Notes under the pieces: model-generated
The model's database searches: none
What the model was told of the DNA's origin: nothing
The model's input: only the letters and a program-made list of their open reading frames with translations
NCBI RefSeq assembly: GCF_011745625.1
Contig: NW_027191465.1
Location: forward strand, 372,001 to 436,000
Length of the DNA: 64,000 bases
Reading direction: 5' to 3'
From: Cladosporium halotolerans
Lineage: Eukaryota
In this document: positions 1 through 10,823 of the stretch, piece after piece
Layout of the letters: every line of letters starts with the position of its first letter
Position numbering within the stretch: position 1 is the first letter of the stretch
Program-made: the position numbers and the translations under genes

Positions 1-359
1 CGCCCTGGACCGAGACTTTGCTGGCACCAAGGGAGCTGATCAGCTGCTTGGCAAGAGCTGGTCCAACGGTGCTACCCATCGTCTATGGAAAATCAGCATC
101 GGTGAGTTTGAAGATCGTTGCAGGACATACTCCACGCTCAGTAGATCCGCGAGCGAAAATGAAAGTGAGATCGGTGCAGTCCGCTGGTTCTGTTAGATCA
201 ATCTCCTGAGTCGTTCTCAACAGGACTCGGAATACCTTTGTCGGTGACATCGTTGGCCGTCAAGCCGCCATTGTAGGAAGTGCGCTTCTCAATGGCGGAA
301 GGGGCTGCAAAGGCGGTTGAGGCTGCGAACAGCAAGCAAGACAATGCGGGGATCTTCAT
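1..359 (-). CDS. Secreted cutinase (CE5), 5' part; runs off the left edge of the window
   Basis: Manual splicing of exons 359-236, 183-131 and 82-<1 (GT..AG introns) gives MKIPALSCLLFAASTAFAAPSAIEKR-TSYNGGLTANDVTDKADCTDLTFIFARGSTERGTMGSTVGPALAKQLISSLGASKVSVQG. This has a signal peptide, a KR propeptide site and the cutinase C..FIFARGS.E.G.MG..VGP signature. Confidence 0.9.
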
Positions 360-2118
360 GTTTCGCAAAGCGTCTTTCTGAAAGAGCGCGTTGAGGAATG
401 CTTAGTACAGTTAGCGAATGGCTGCCAAATGAAGGTGGCTGTGGTGGTAAGAGCAGAAGCGCTGAAAACTGCCATTTTATAATCACGCGACCGGTTGGTC
501 AAGGGAAGAATCCGATCACACAGGTACCACAACATTCGACAAAACGACCGAGAGCTTACGCGCCATGTTAACGGCAATCCAACTGCCGGAATCATCAAGT
601 TGGACACGGTGGACCCAAGTGATCGTCCGCCTCGGAGACTTCAACGCCATTCGAAGACTCCGTCCAGCGCCATCGTGACAAGTTGGACGTGAAGGTTGAT
701 CCATCTGCTCAGTGAAAAACAGCCGGCCTGGGTGATTACAAGCCGCTTGATGCCCTTTGAGTACACTTCCGTCTTCTTGCGGGCGCATGCAGTGCCTTGG
801 CGGGCGCCTGAAGCCATGAAGATAGGGTCGCCCGTTCCCTTAGAGCCTCTCTCGTGCCACCTAGTTGCGCCTAAAGGGGCTTACAGTGGTCCAGAATGAA
901 GATCCCAAAAACTTGGAGCCTAGCCCAACGGACCCTTCATTACCATGATTCAGCTGTGCCAGTCGGAGCATTAGCGAAATGCTGTAGTTCAGAAGCACTT
1001 AGCCGGGGGGTCTGCCGGTGTGATCGTCGCACATCCATGAAGGTATTTAGGGCTGAATCGGTACCAGGCCATTCGACTGATCCCGATCTTGAGCAATCTC
1101 TCTGTAACGCAGGGCACATCACTTCTGGACAGTGACAGTAATGAATATATTGCTTGTGTGACAGGACGCTCGACCTGGTACTGCGTGTAAAGCACGGTTA
1201 TTATGCATGGCGTCTCGCTACCTGAAGGTGGTCCGCACATTTGTGACAGCCTCCTCTGGCACGTGGACCAAGGCGGGTCAGCACTGCAAAGGGGTTCCTG
1301 AAGCTCTGTGCAGACCGCGCCGTCGGGGGCGGGAGTGTGTGGACGGACGATTTGCCTGTGTTGGATGGAAAACCGCCCCAAGGAATCCTGCCGTGACAAC
1401 CGTGTTTGAGGGATCCGCATCGGGGCGAGCCTAATCCCCACCACGCTGGAGCGTGATGCAAGCCGATCTCAAGACTGGTGTGATGGACGGGCGAAGTGCG
1501 GTGGATGAATAACCGAGGCGATCAGCTGTTTGACGTGCGCCTCCAGATTCGTGCGAGCAAATCAGAATTGCAGCTGGCCAGCCGGCCCCAAAGCGGCAAA
1601 GTCGACCTCCCCCTTCGCCCGCGAGACGAGACGAGCGAGTCAAGGCCTTGCTTTGAAACCAGCCTGCATCAGAAGGCGTCCAGAGCCGTCAAACCCTATC
1701 TCAGCCATGCAGTCTTTCACTGCACGTGTTGGGGCGCCTTTGTCCATGCCTCGGCTTGACCTGCTGCTGGTCTGATGCTTACTCTCCTTGCACCAGAACA
1801 ACCCGCGGATATGCTTTCCTAGGCAGCCTGAGCCTGGCCCTTTCTCTCAAAAGCGACCGTCCTCCGCCTACTGTGCTGATCATACCCTTCGGGCCTAGAC
1901 GGCGGAAGCGGTCTCCAGTAGTGAACAGCTGATCATCGGCATCCTTGCGTCCTGCCGTCCATTCTTGTGCTCGCCGGTTGACCGTTGCACGTACATACGC
2001 TGTGCGTACATCGTGGACCTTTGTGACGCAGTTGTGAGCGATCGTGAGCGACGCAAATTGTACACTTGCGTTGTATATTCAACTCCAGCAAAGACGGCTT
2101 GTCTCTCCCTCTTCAACT

Positions 2119-3001
2119 ATGGCTTCCCGACCGAGATCCGAAGACTTCCCCAACGAAGCGGCGGAGCCACTCTACAGAGACAGCAGCGAGCAGGCGGAGA
2201 AGCCGTCCCAATACGAGCAGAACGACGAGACTCTTGCACTACAGGCGTCGATCCGAATATTACGACGGTGGCTCCTGGCAGTGAGCTTACTGCTTGCGAT
2301 AGCATGCGCATACACACTATTCTCCTTCGGAGGTGTTGTGAGCGATCACAAAACAACAAAGCGGTTATCATTCGCCCCAGATAGTGAGACAACTCGCCCA
2401 TGTCTGGCCATCTCCAAGCTGACCCGTTTCCAGTTCCCGAGAAGTTCGTCAAGTTTGAGCGCACGCTCTTCGCCTCTGGCTCGACACCTGAAGCAGACGA
2501 GGCATGGGGCAACGACCTCTCCCCACCCGGGGATGGTTTCGTCCTCATCCCTAACCCGAAAGACTACTCTCTCCCTCCCGGCCAAACTACTCGGGAAGGC
2601 GAGGGCGAAATCTACGACATCTCCGTCTTCCACCAGCTGCACTGCCTTAACCACGTTCGAACATTTCTGTTCACGCTAAAGGCAGGCATGGATTACAACA
2701 ACACTGTTGAAACGTACGACTCATTGTTGAAGCACCAGGAAGATCATGTGTATCACTGTTTCGACTACATTAGGCAGGCACTGATGTGCAATGCCGACTT
2801 GACTGTTGAGTGGCCGAAGACAGAGGCGAACGGGGAGAGGGTAGCTGTTGATGGCTGGGGTGTGCAGCATCAGTGCAAGAACTGGGTAAGCAAATCCTCA
2901 GAAGCTCCTCGACCTCACATTGCTGATATTCGACGCAGGACTCTGTTCTCGAGTTCATGGGTAAATACAGAATCCCCAATGCTTGGGGCGGTCACGATTG
3001 A
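2119..3001 (+). CDS. DUF3328 / UstYa-family oxidase
   Basis: Exons 2119-2383, 2434-2885 and 2939-3001. N-terminal TM helix, two HxxHC motifs (HQLHC, HVYHC), FDYIRQALMCNAD and GWGVQHQCKNW, all typical of the family. Confidence 0.9.
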
Positions 3002-3107
3002 GCTCCACGATATGTATTCTTTGTCCTTGCAACGATTTAACATTCGAAACTCCTGGCCACCAGAACCTTACGATATCTGCGAGCGTATGATAACTTTGTC
3101 GTGAGAA

Positions 3108-3527
3108 TCACACGAATTCCCACTCCGCGTCCTTCCTCGCCTCCTCCGCAAGGTGATATTCCACCGCGAGGGTCTCGACCTCCTTGAGGGTGATCTTTAC
3201 TATGGGTTCTCCGACGCGCGGAATGTTTGGATTGTACTGTCCAATGCGGCGATGAGATTTGCTCCCATCCTTCAAGTCAACGGTTTGCACTACAGCGCCT
3301 TTGCGGTCGACGCAAAGGTTCGTCCACGTCGTGAGGTTCTCAGTCGACTCGTTTGCATGGGCGACTTCTGAAGGTCCGACACTTGGGCGACGGTGGTTGT
3401 TCCCTTGTGCGTTGACTTTAGGCGCCGATGAGGGAGCCTTGATGTTTTGAAGCTCTTTGAAAGAAGCCTCTAGGTTGTTCTTCGCATTGCCCAGAGCTTT
3501 GAAAAATTGTGCTATTTGTTGAGCCAT
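3108..3527 (-). CDS. Hypothetical protein (139 aa), intact member of a tandem paralog pair
   Basis: ORF MAQQIAQFF...DAEWEFV. Coding status is supported by amino-acid-level similarity to the adjacent copy at 3860-4270. Confidence 0.65.
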   Translation of the reverse strand: MAQQIAQFFKALGNAKNNLEASFKELQNIKAPSSAPKVNAQGNNHRRPSVGPSEVAHANESTENLTTWTNLCVDRKGAVVQTVDLKDGSKSHRRIGQYNPNIPRVGEPIVKITLKEVETLAVEYHLAEEARKDAEWEFV

Positions 3528-3859
3528 GGTGAAATTGCTGTGCTGGGTGCGGAACTCGGTTTCCAGTGCTGGATTTCTGGTGCTGTGCTTGTGACTGGGT
3601 AGGCACATGAGCAGCAGCTGCCACACTCTTGTATACTCGTTAATCACCCGTCCAGGTAATATTGTTAGCTGACAAGGGGTGAATGAGGTCAACGCAAACA
3701 GCACGTGTTTGTCAGATTGGTCTGTCTTCACCATGAAGTTACAGCAGAACGACAAGCCGACGAGGCCATTTTAAGCATGTCGGCGCCCCGTTGTGTCATG
3801 ATCGATGAACCCGTCGACAGAAAGCTCTTGCGATATCTGGTTGCAGAGTATACCTGCCA

Positions 3860-4270
3860 TCAAGCTTTGACGAGCTCCCAATCTGCGTCCAACCTCTCTT
3901 CCTCCTCCCGGTGATGCTCCTCCTCGAGCGCCTGGACCTCTTCCATCGTGACATGCACCAATGGCTCGTCAACACGAGAGATATCCGGCAAATGATCGCT
4001 GCCATGGTAGTGAAGTGTACCACCTTTCTCTTCGAAATGGGTCGTGCGTAGTATGGCGCCTCTTCGGTCGACAGAGACATGCGTCCATGTTCCAAGGTCG
4101 TCGTGGAGATGATGAGAAATTGCAATCTTCTAGCTGTCGTCGCCAGTGAGCGTGAGTGCGTGACTATCTGATGGCGAAGGCTCTTTGAAGCTTGCAAATT
4201 TCTCCGTGAATGATTTGATGCATTTCATGGTTGCTTTCGCCTTCTGGAATAGGCCAGATGTTTGAGACAT
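3860..4270 (-). pseudogene. Paralog of 3108-3527 with an in-frame TAG at codon 47
   Basis: ATG at 4270, TAG at 4132-4130; the same frame continues to TGA at 3862-3860. The C-terminal half (LGTWTHVSVDRRGAI...PDISRVDEPLVHVTMEEVQAL...DADWELV) aligns with LTTWTNLCVDRKGAV...PNIPRVGEPIVKITLKEVETL...DAEWEFV. TATATAA lies at 4361-4355. Confidence 0.75.
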
Positions 4271-4818
4271 GGTTTGTGAGGGTGATTGGCAGGTTGATTT
4301 GGGTGGGTGTCGTTACAGAGGCCAAAGATTGCTTGATGTGCTTCTGAGATGCAGTTATATACCAAAGGTATATTGCCAGTCAATGAATGAGTAAAAGGTG
4401 ACTGTATTCAGATCATGGACATGAACTTCGCGCCGCTTGGAAATACTACCTTCACCAATGAGAGAAGGAGTGTCACTCATCGATGTTGGTATAGGCGACC
4501 TCGAGATCGAGACAACAGAAGATAGTATGGGGCATGAGCATTGCATGGTCAAGGTAGACAAACTGCATCTTCAACGACGAAAAAACTCACTTCCTGGGCA
4601 CAGTTAGAGGAACAGTAGGCACTCAGCACTGTATTTGAATTTGCCGTTAATTTTTTGGGTGCGATTCACGACTCGGACAAATTGATATGGTCGGACGGAA
4701 TTTGTATGACTGCGTTTCCATGTGTACGATTACGTCGGGTCGCAAGCATAAACAAGCAATTGCATGCTTGATGGCTCATAGTATCCACTTCGACTGTGCG
4801 CACCAGTCAACGAGGCAA

Positions 4819-5853
4819 TTAGAAGACGGTAGCACCGCCGTCAATCACGAAATCAGCGCCGTTAATGTAAGTGCCGGCGCGGCTCGCAAGAAGCACACAA
4901 ACACCATCAAGCTCTCCCACAGCTCCCATCCTTCCCATCGGGTTCCTGCTGGCCCAGCTCTGTCGCATTTCCTCCAATCCATCTCCGGCATTGAGGATAG
5001 TATCCATGTAGCCAGGCGAAATGGAGTTCACACGAATGCCCGAGCTCGCCCACTCCGCAGCGAGCGACGACTTCAACGCCACAATCGCCGCCTTCGAAAC
5101 GTTGTAAGCCGCCTGCGGCTGAGGGAAGTTGACACGGTGCGCGGATATTGAAGCCGTCAGAGTGATGCTGCGATTCGGACTCGGGTTGGCCGCCATGTGT
5201 TTCGCCGCGGCTTGTGCGCAGAGGAAAGAGCCCGTCGAGTTCACGTCGATGGTCTTGCGCCACTGCACGTCTGTCATGGAGATGGCTGGTACGCAGCCGA
5301 CGATGCCGGCAAAACAGAACAGGTGATCCAGAGAACCCAGCGTTGAAACTGTGGAATTGACGCCTTCTTGCACGGATTCGGCATCAGTGACGTCCACAGC
5401 GATGCCGAAGACACGTGTGCCTGGGTGTTCGGCGGCGAGAGCAGCGATGGCTGCTTGAGAGCTGCGGAGGGTTGATTCAAGATCCCAGAGGCAGATTCCA
5501 GAGGCTCCGTGTTCTAGTAGAGCACGGGCACAGGATAGGCCTAGGGTGCCAGCGCCGCCAGTCACTGGAGATCGAATGAGTTAGACGGTCTGGAAAATCG
5601 AAGGATCTCGCATGTGACAAATCACGTGAATGTTCATTCTCGTCTTGTACAGGCGGTCTGAGAGCAAGGAGTCAAAACGCAAAGATCACGTACCAACAGC
5701 ATTGCCTTCGACGGCGAAACGAGCGATGGCTCTGCCTTCGGCGTTAAGATAATGCGGTAATGGCGCAGGCGGTGCAGTCAGAGATGCTGCTGAGCCATCA
5801 GACAATTCCATAAAGGGAATTTGCCTGGTAGTAAGGTTGTCGCGGTCAGACAT
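4819..5853 (-). CDS. Short-chain dehydrogenase/reductase (D-arabinitol/sorbose reductase-like)
   Basis: Two exons with an intron at ~5567-5693. TGGAGTLG Rossmann motif, YNVSK catalytic motif, PQPQAAYN, NSISPGYMDT and final IDGG. Confidence 0.9.
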
Positions 5854-6342
5854 GGCTTGTAATTGAATGCTTCAAGAATTGGGTGTATACGTGTCGGTCA
5901 ACTGATGGTGCACTCCAAGTGGTGCACCGGAGGCAAATGATAATAAAACGGACGATATAAACTTAAGATGTTGTGTATCTGTATTTATCAAAGGGGAGCG
6001 AGGTTGAAAAAAATGGGTTTTGATTGTGTTGTTTTGCTGGACGCATAGAGGTACTGTGTATTCCGCTATGACCGCATCCTTGGAGGGCGACGGTGGCCCT
6101 GTGAAGCTTCGATGGACACCGCGCCTGGTGGGTCTGCCATTCGACCAATTGGATCACCCGTGGACTCCGAGTGTCAGCGTGCTATACACTCGAGAGCTGG
6201 ACGTATCAGGACATATCAGAGCACAGCACGCATGAATGTAGACCAACTGGCACGTGGAATAGTCAAGCGTGAGTGGTCAAAATGCGAAACGTATTGGTAT
6301 GTATGTACAGGTAGTCTATACAAATTGGACCCCTTGAACAGA

Positions 6343-7391
6343 TTATTTCTTCTCCTCCTGAGGCTCGGGCTTCGGAGTAGGAAGCTTGAACTATGCGAAT
6401 GATCAGTGTCTGTCGGAAAATTGGATGCGGTGTCTCATAACTTACGTCCTCAGGCTTGCGGTCATGACCCGGTCCCACTTGTTCCCATGCCGAGCTGCCA
6501 CCCTCAAAGTTCCTGAAGGCCTGAGTAAGCTCAAGCGGCTCGACCACAATGCGCTTCTTCTCCTCATCATATCTGATCTCAGTGTATCCGGTCAGTGGGA
6601 AGTCCTTCCTCAGAGGGTGTCCGTCAAAGCCGTAGTCCGTCATGATGCGCCTCAAGTCGGGGTGACCGGTGAAGAAGACACCGAACATGTCGTAGACCTC
6701 ACGCTCGTACCAGTTGGCACCGTCGTAGAGGGATGTGATGGAGGGGACGGGCGAGGCCTCGTCGGCGTAGGTCTTCACGCGAATGCGGGAGTTGTGGCGG
6801 ACGGAAAGCATGTTGTAGACAACCTCGAAGCGCTGGTCGCGGGTTGGGTAATCGACGGCGGTGATGTCGCTGACCTGGGTGAACTCGGCGGCTGTGTGGT
6901 ATTTGAGGAAAGAGAAGACGGGGATGACGCCGTCGGGAGAGATGTAGATCTAAAGGATGGGAGGTCAGAATGAGGCCGGAGCTCGCTGCTTCCACATCAA
7001 TCAATGCGCTCTTACAGTAAGCTCATCCTTCCAGACAGAAAACCTGTGCTCTGCGTCAGCTGCTAGGACGTCGTTCCAAGAGGTGAGCTAGAGCGTACTG
7101 CTGGATGTATTTGGGCAGACATGAGAGCAGGTACTGGCCGTAGCGGTGCTGCTCGCTGGCACGGTCCTGGGTCCTGTCGGCGTGGTTGATGACCGGCGCA
7201 TGCTCCAGCTTCCCCTGTGGTCCTCTCTGTGCGTGTCTGAGGTTCGGCAGGTCGCTCACGTCGGCGGCGAGCTCCTTCGCCCGTACGCTGCTGGTCGCAA
7301 AGGTCCTGAGGGCGCAGCGGGGGGTGTTGGAGGCCTTGGCCGCGCGCAGCGCAGCACCGAGCGGTCTCGCGATAGCGTGTTTCGAGGCCAT
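6343..7391 (-). CDS. NDUFS3: NADH:ubiquinone oxidoreductase 30 kDa subunit (NuoC homolog), mitochondrial
   Basis: Arg/Ala-rich transit peptide. Spliced product contains [62 protein letters not shown]; last exon [15 protein letters not shown]. Confidence 0.95.
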
Positions 7392-7800
7392 GGCGGGCGG
7401 AATGGAGGGAGGTGGTGGTGAGGTGGCGACAAGGTGGTGGTGTCGCTGCCAATGCTCTTCTCAAAGTCGCCGCCGCTCCCTCGATGCAGCGGTCATCGCC
7501 AATGCCTGCGCGTTTGAGGCTCCGGGACAGCCCGCGCGGAACGCCAAGCGCAGCTTCCGCTTCACGCTGGCTAGCAGGAGTCTCTTCGCCGCGAACAACC
7601 TCACTTCCATCCCCTTAATCGCGACTAATCATCACCTGATCCTCACTGCATCATCGGCCGGCGTTTCTGCTTTTCTTGCCCCGTTTCATTCGCAACACAT
7701 CACAGCCGCCACCCGCCCTGGCTGCCTCGCGCCACACCTCACCTCCGGTTGCGATCTCCACTCTACGCCTCCCCACGGCGCGTCTCATTTCACAGTCGCC

Positions 7801-10215
7801 ATGTCCAAAAGCATACAACAGGACTCCCTCATATTCGACGATGACGAGGAGGAGACCTGCCCGCTCTGTGTGGAGGAGTTCGACCTCACCGACAAGGGCT
7901 TCAAGCCCTGTCCTTGCGGATACCAGGTTTGAACCCCCGCGCCCGACTCCGCGATTTTGTGCGACATGGCTAATCATGTGATGTAGATATGCCAGTTCTG
8001 CTACAACAATGTCAAGAACAACATGAACGGCCTGTGCCCCGCCTGTCGGCGACCCTACAACGACAAAGACATCGAGTACAAAATCATCACCCCCGAAGAG
8101 ACAGCTATACACAAAGCCCGACAAGTACAGAAACAGAAGAAGACTCAACAGGCTCAGTTGAAGGAGAAGCAGAAAGCCGAAGCCGACAGCCTCAGCCGGA
8201 AACACCTCGCTGGTCTTCGAGTTGTGCAAAAGAACCTTGTCTATGTCACCGGCCTCTCCCCGAAGCTACAAGAGGAGGAGCTGCTGCAGACGCTGCGCGG
8301 CGACACTTATTTCGGACAATACGGAAAGATCATAAAGATTGTCGTCAGCAAGGCCAGGGATCGGCTGGACTCAGTCGGTGTCTACGTGACATACGAGAAC
8401 AAGGACGATGCTCAACAATGCATACACGCAGTTGACGGCTCGCCGAATGGCGATCGTACACTTCGAGCGCAGTTTGGTACTACCAAATATTGCTCGGCGT
8501 ACCTTCGCGGCGATGCTTGTATGAACAGGAATTGCATGTTTCTACACGAGGCTGGCGAAGCGGGTGAGAGCTACTCCCGCGCAGATCTGTCATCGATGAA
8601 CGCCGGCTCCACGCAGTCGGGGACTTCGCGACCACCCCCTCCTCAATCTCAACAGCCTATCTCTGCTGCAACACCTATGGCACGTACAGCGAGTGATCAG
8701 CCGCGTAGCCCATCCTCTGACCGACCGGCTCTGCCCTCTACAGCGAGCTGGGCATCAAGACCACCACAAACCCAACCGAGTAGGGCAGAAAGCAGGGCAG
8801 CCAGTGGGTCTGTTGGTAGCCCTGCCGTCACTGCAGCAACTCCTGCACCTCCGCCTGCTCAACCCGAGCCTTCTCCAGCATCACCAACACCTGAGCCAGC
8901 AACTGAGGCCCCTCCCGCGCCGGAGGAGGAGCCTGCGCCAAAGCCCGTCCAGGCCCGAAAGCCTCGTGCACCAAGCCCTATCCGCGATTTCCTCAAGCTC
9001 TTCAACCCAAGCGACCTGTGCCTCGAATTTTCGACTGCCAACATTCCGCAAAACGAACTCAATATCCTAACTAATTATCCCGCCCTTTTTGATTCAGACG
9101 GCGGCGCGAAACGCAGGCTTAGGAGAGAGAAGGAGGAGGAACAACGGCGTATTGAGCAAGAGCAAGCTTCTCAATTGGCGAACGTTGATGCAGAGGACAA
9201 CCCAGCAATGAGTGGCAGCATGCAGCTCGGCGGCGAACCAGATGATCAACAAGGACTTGCGTCTACACATGAAGCCGCGAGCTCATCTGGACAGGACGCT
9301 ACACTGGACCAGAGGTTTCAACTTGGAGGCGTCTCGAGCCCTGCCGGTATCAGCGAGCGTGGCTTGACGCCTCAGCAGCACCAACAGCTTCTCCTTCAGA
9401 CTATGAAATCGCCGTCGCCTAGCTCTCAGGGATCCTATCTGAACCAGTCGAATGCATTTCAGAGTGGCCATGGTGTCGGCCACCAGCGCAACGTCTCGCG
9501 CTTCAGCTTCGCAAACGATTCTTCTGCATCCACTGCGGTCAAGCCTGTGGCAAACCAGAAGCTCATGAGTCAGCAATCTTCCATGATGCCACCTAATGCA
9601 GGAGGCCATTTCGGCGGTCAACAGAATGCACAAGGCGGCCAGTTTTTCACGAGCAATGTGCAGGGACCTCCTCCTGGATTGAAGGCTAGCGGGACGCCCC
9701 CTGTCAGTGGAGGCATGACCTTCGGTCAAGGCCACGGATTCACCACCGGCGGTATGCAATATGGAAGCAACGTTGGTGGGCGCAACGCCAACGAGGAGAT
9801 GATGCGCGATCTTCTTCGCGGTCGTAATGCAAGCATCGCCGGTTCCGATGCGGCAAAGCGTGAGTTACACCCCTTCCCCTACACAAACCCCTCCGCTGGT
9901 GGCGTAGGATATCCTCCCACGTCATACCCCGCTTCTGCCTCAGCTCAATATGCGTCTTCCATGTCATCCTTCGGTGGCGATGGCGAGAAGCAGCGTAGTA
10001 AGAAGAAGGGCAAGAAGCACAGGCACGCTAACACTGGCTCCTCCTCTGGGGGAGCTGGCCTAGTCGATGCCGCAGACAGCCACCTACTTCAAGCGCGCTT
10101 GCAGCATGGTGGCATGGGCGGCGGACCCTACATGAGCACTCCGCCACCAGCGGCAGGCGGCATGTACAACTCTGCCATTCACGGCGGTGGTGGCTACGGC
10201 GGGCGCTGGGCCTAA
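7801..10215 (+). CDS. NOT4: CCR4-NOT E3 ubiquitin ligase Not4, short isoform
   Basis: Exon 7801-7926 joined to exon from 7987. C4C4 RING (CPLC..CPCGYQICQFC..CPAC), RRM (RVVQKNLVYVTGL) and CCCH finger (GTTKYC..C..C.FLH). Confidence 0.93.
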
Positions 10216-10823
10216 AAGCGTACGAACGGCAGCAACAGCAGGCATCTCTATCGAATTCGCGACGTGTGGCCATGATTTGCAATTTTCTCTTTCTGCTTTA
10301 ATTTGGAATCGGCCGGTTCTTTCGGTCAAACCCTTTTATCATGAGGTGTCTCGGGCATTCGATGCCGGCTTCAGTACCAAGTGTTGGTTGCTGGCTGGTT
10401 TTGGCAAGGCGTTCAGGACAACAGGCTCCCACCAGCTAGTTGGGATGCTTTTCATGGTGTATGCGGGTGTTGTCGCGTTGAGCACAAGGCGAGCGAAGAT
10501 TTCCTATTTCCAATCCTGCCTCTCGTCATGGCCACACCTTGTACGTATCTCACAGCTTCTCTTCTCTAGTGGCTGATAGATTGACGAAAGCTTAGTTTGG
10601 CTATCACTGCGCGTTTCTTTTCACATATCAATCGTGACGTGGCGAGAGACCTGGTTGTATTTAGAGTTTTCTTTTTTCGCTTTCTATTCTGCTGTTGCTG
10701 TTGCTGCCGTGCCTGTTGCCTTCGACTTGCCCAAGTAGTGGTCACGCCGTTAGATCTACTGCCGCCGCCGCCGGGAAATAGGCGGCATCTACTCAAGCCA
10801 CGATTTTTGCTAACGACGAGCAG

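Noticed and set aside
10566..10610. Small hairpin (tgatag/ctatca) in the NOT4 long intron as a snoRNA
   Set aside because: No convincing C/D or H/ACA box arrangement.
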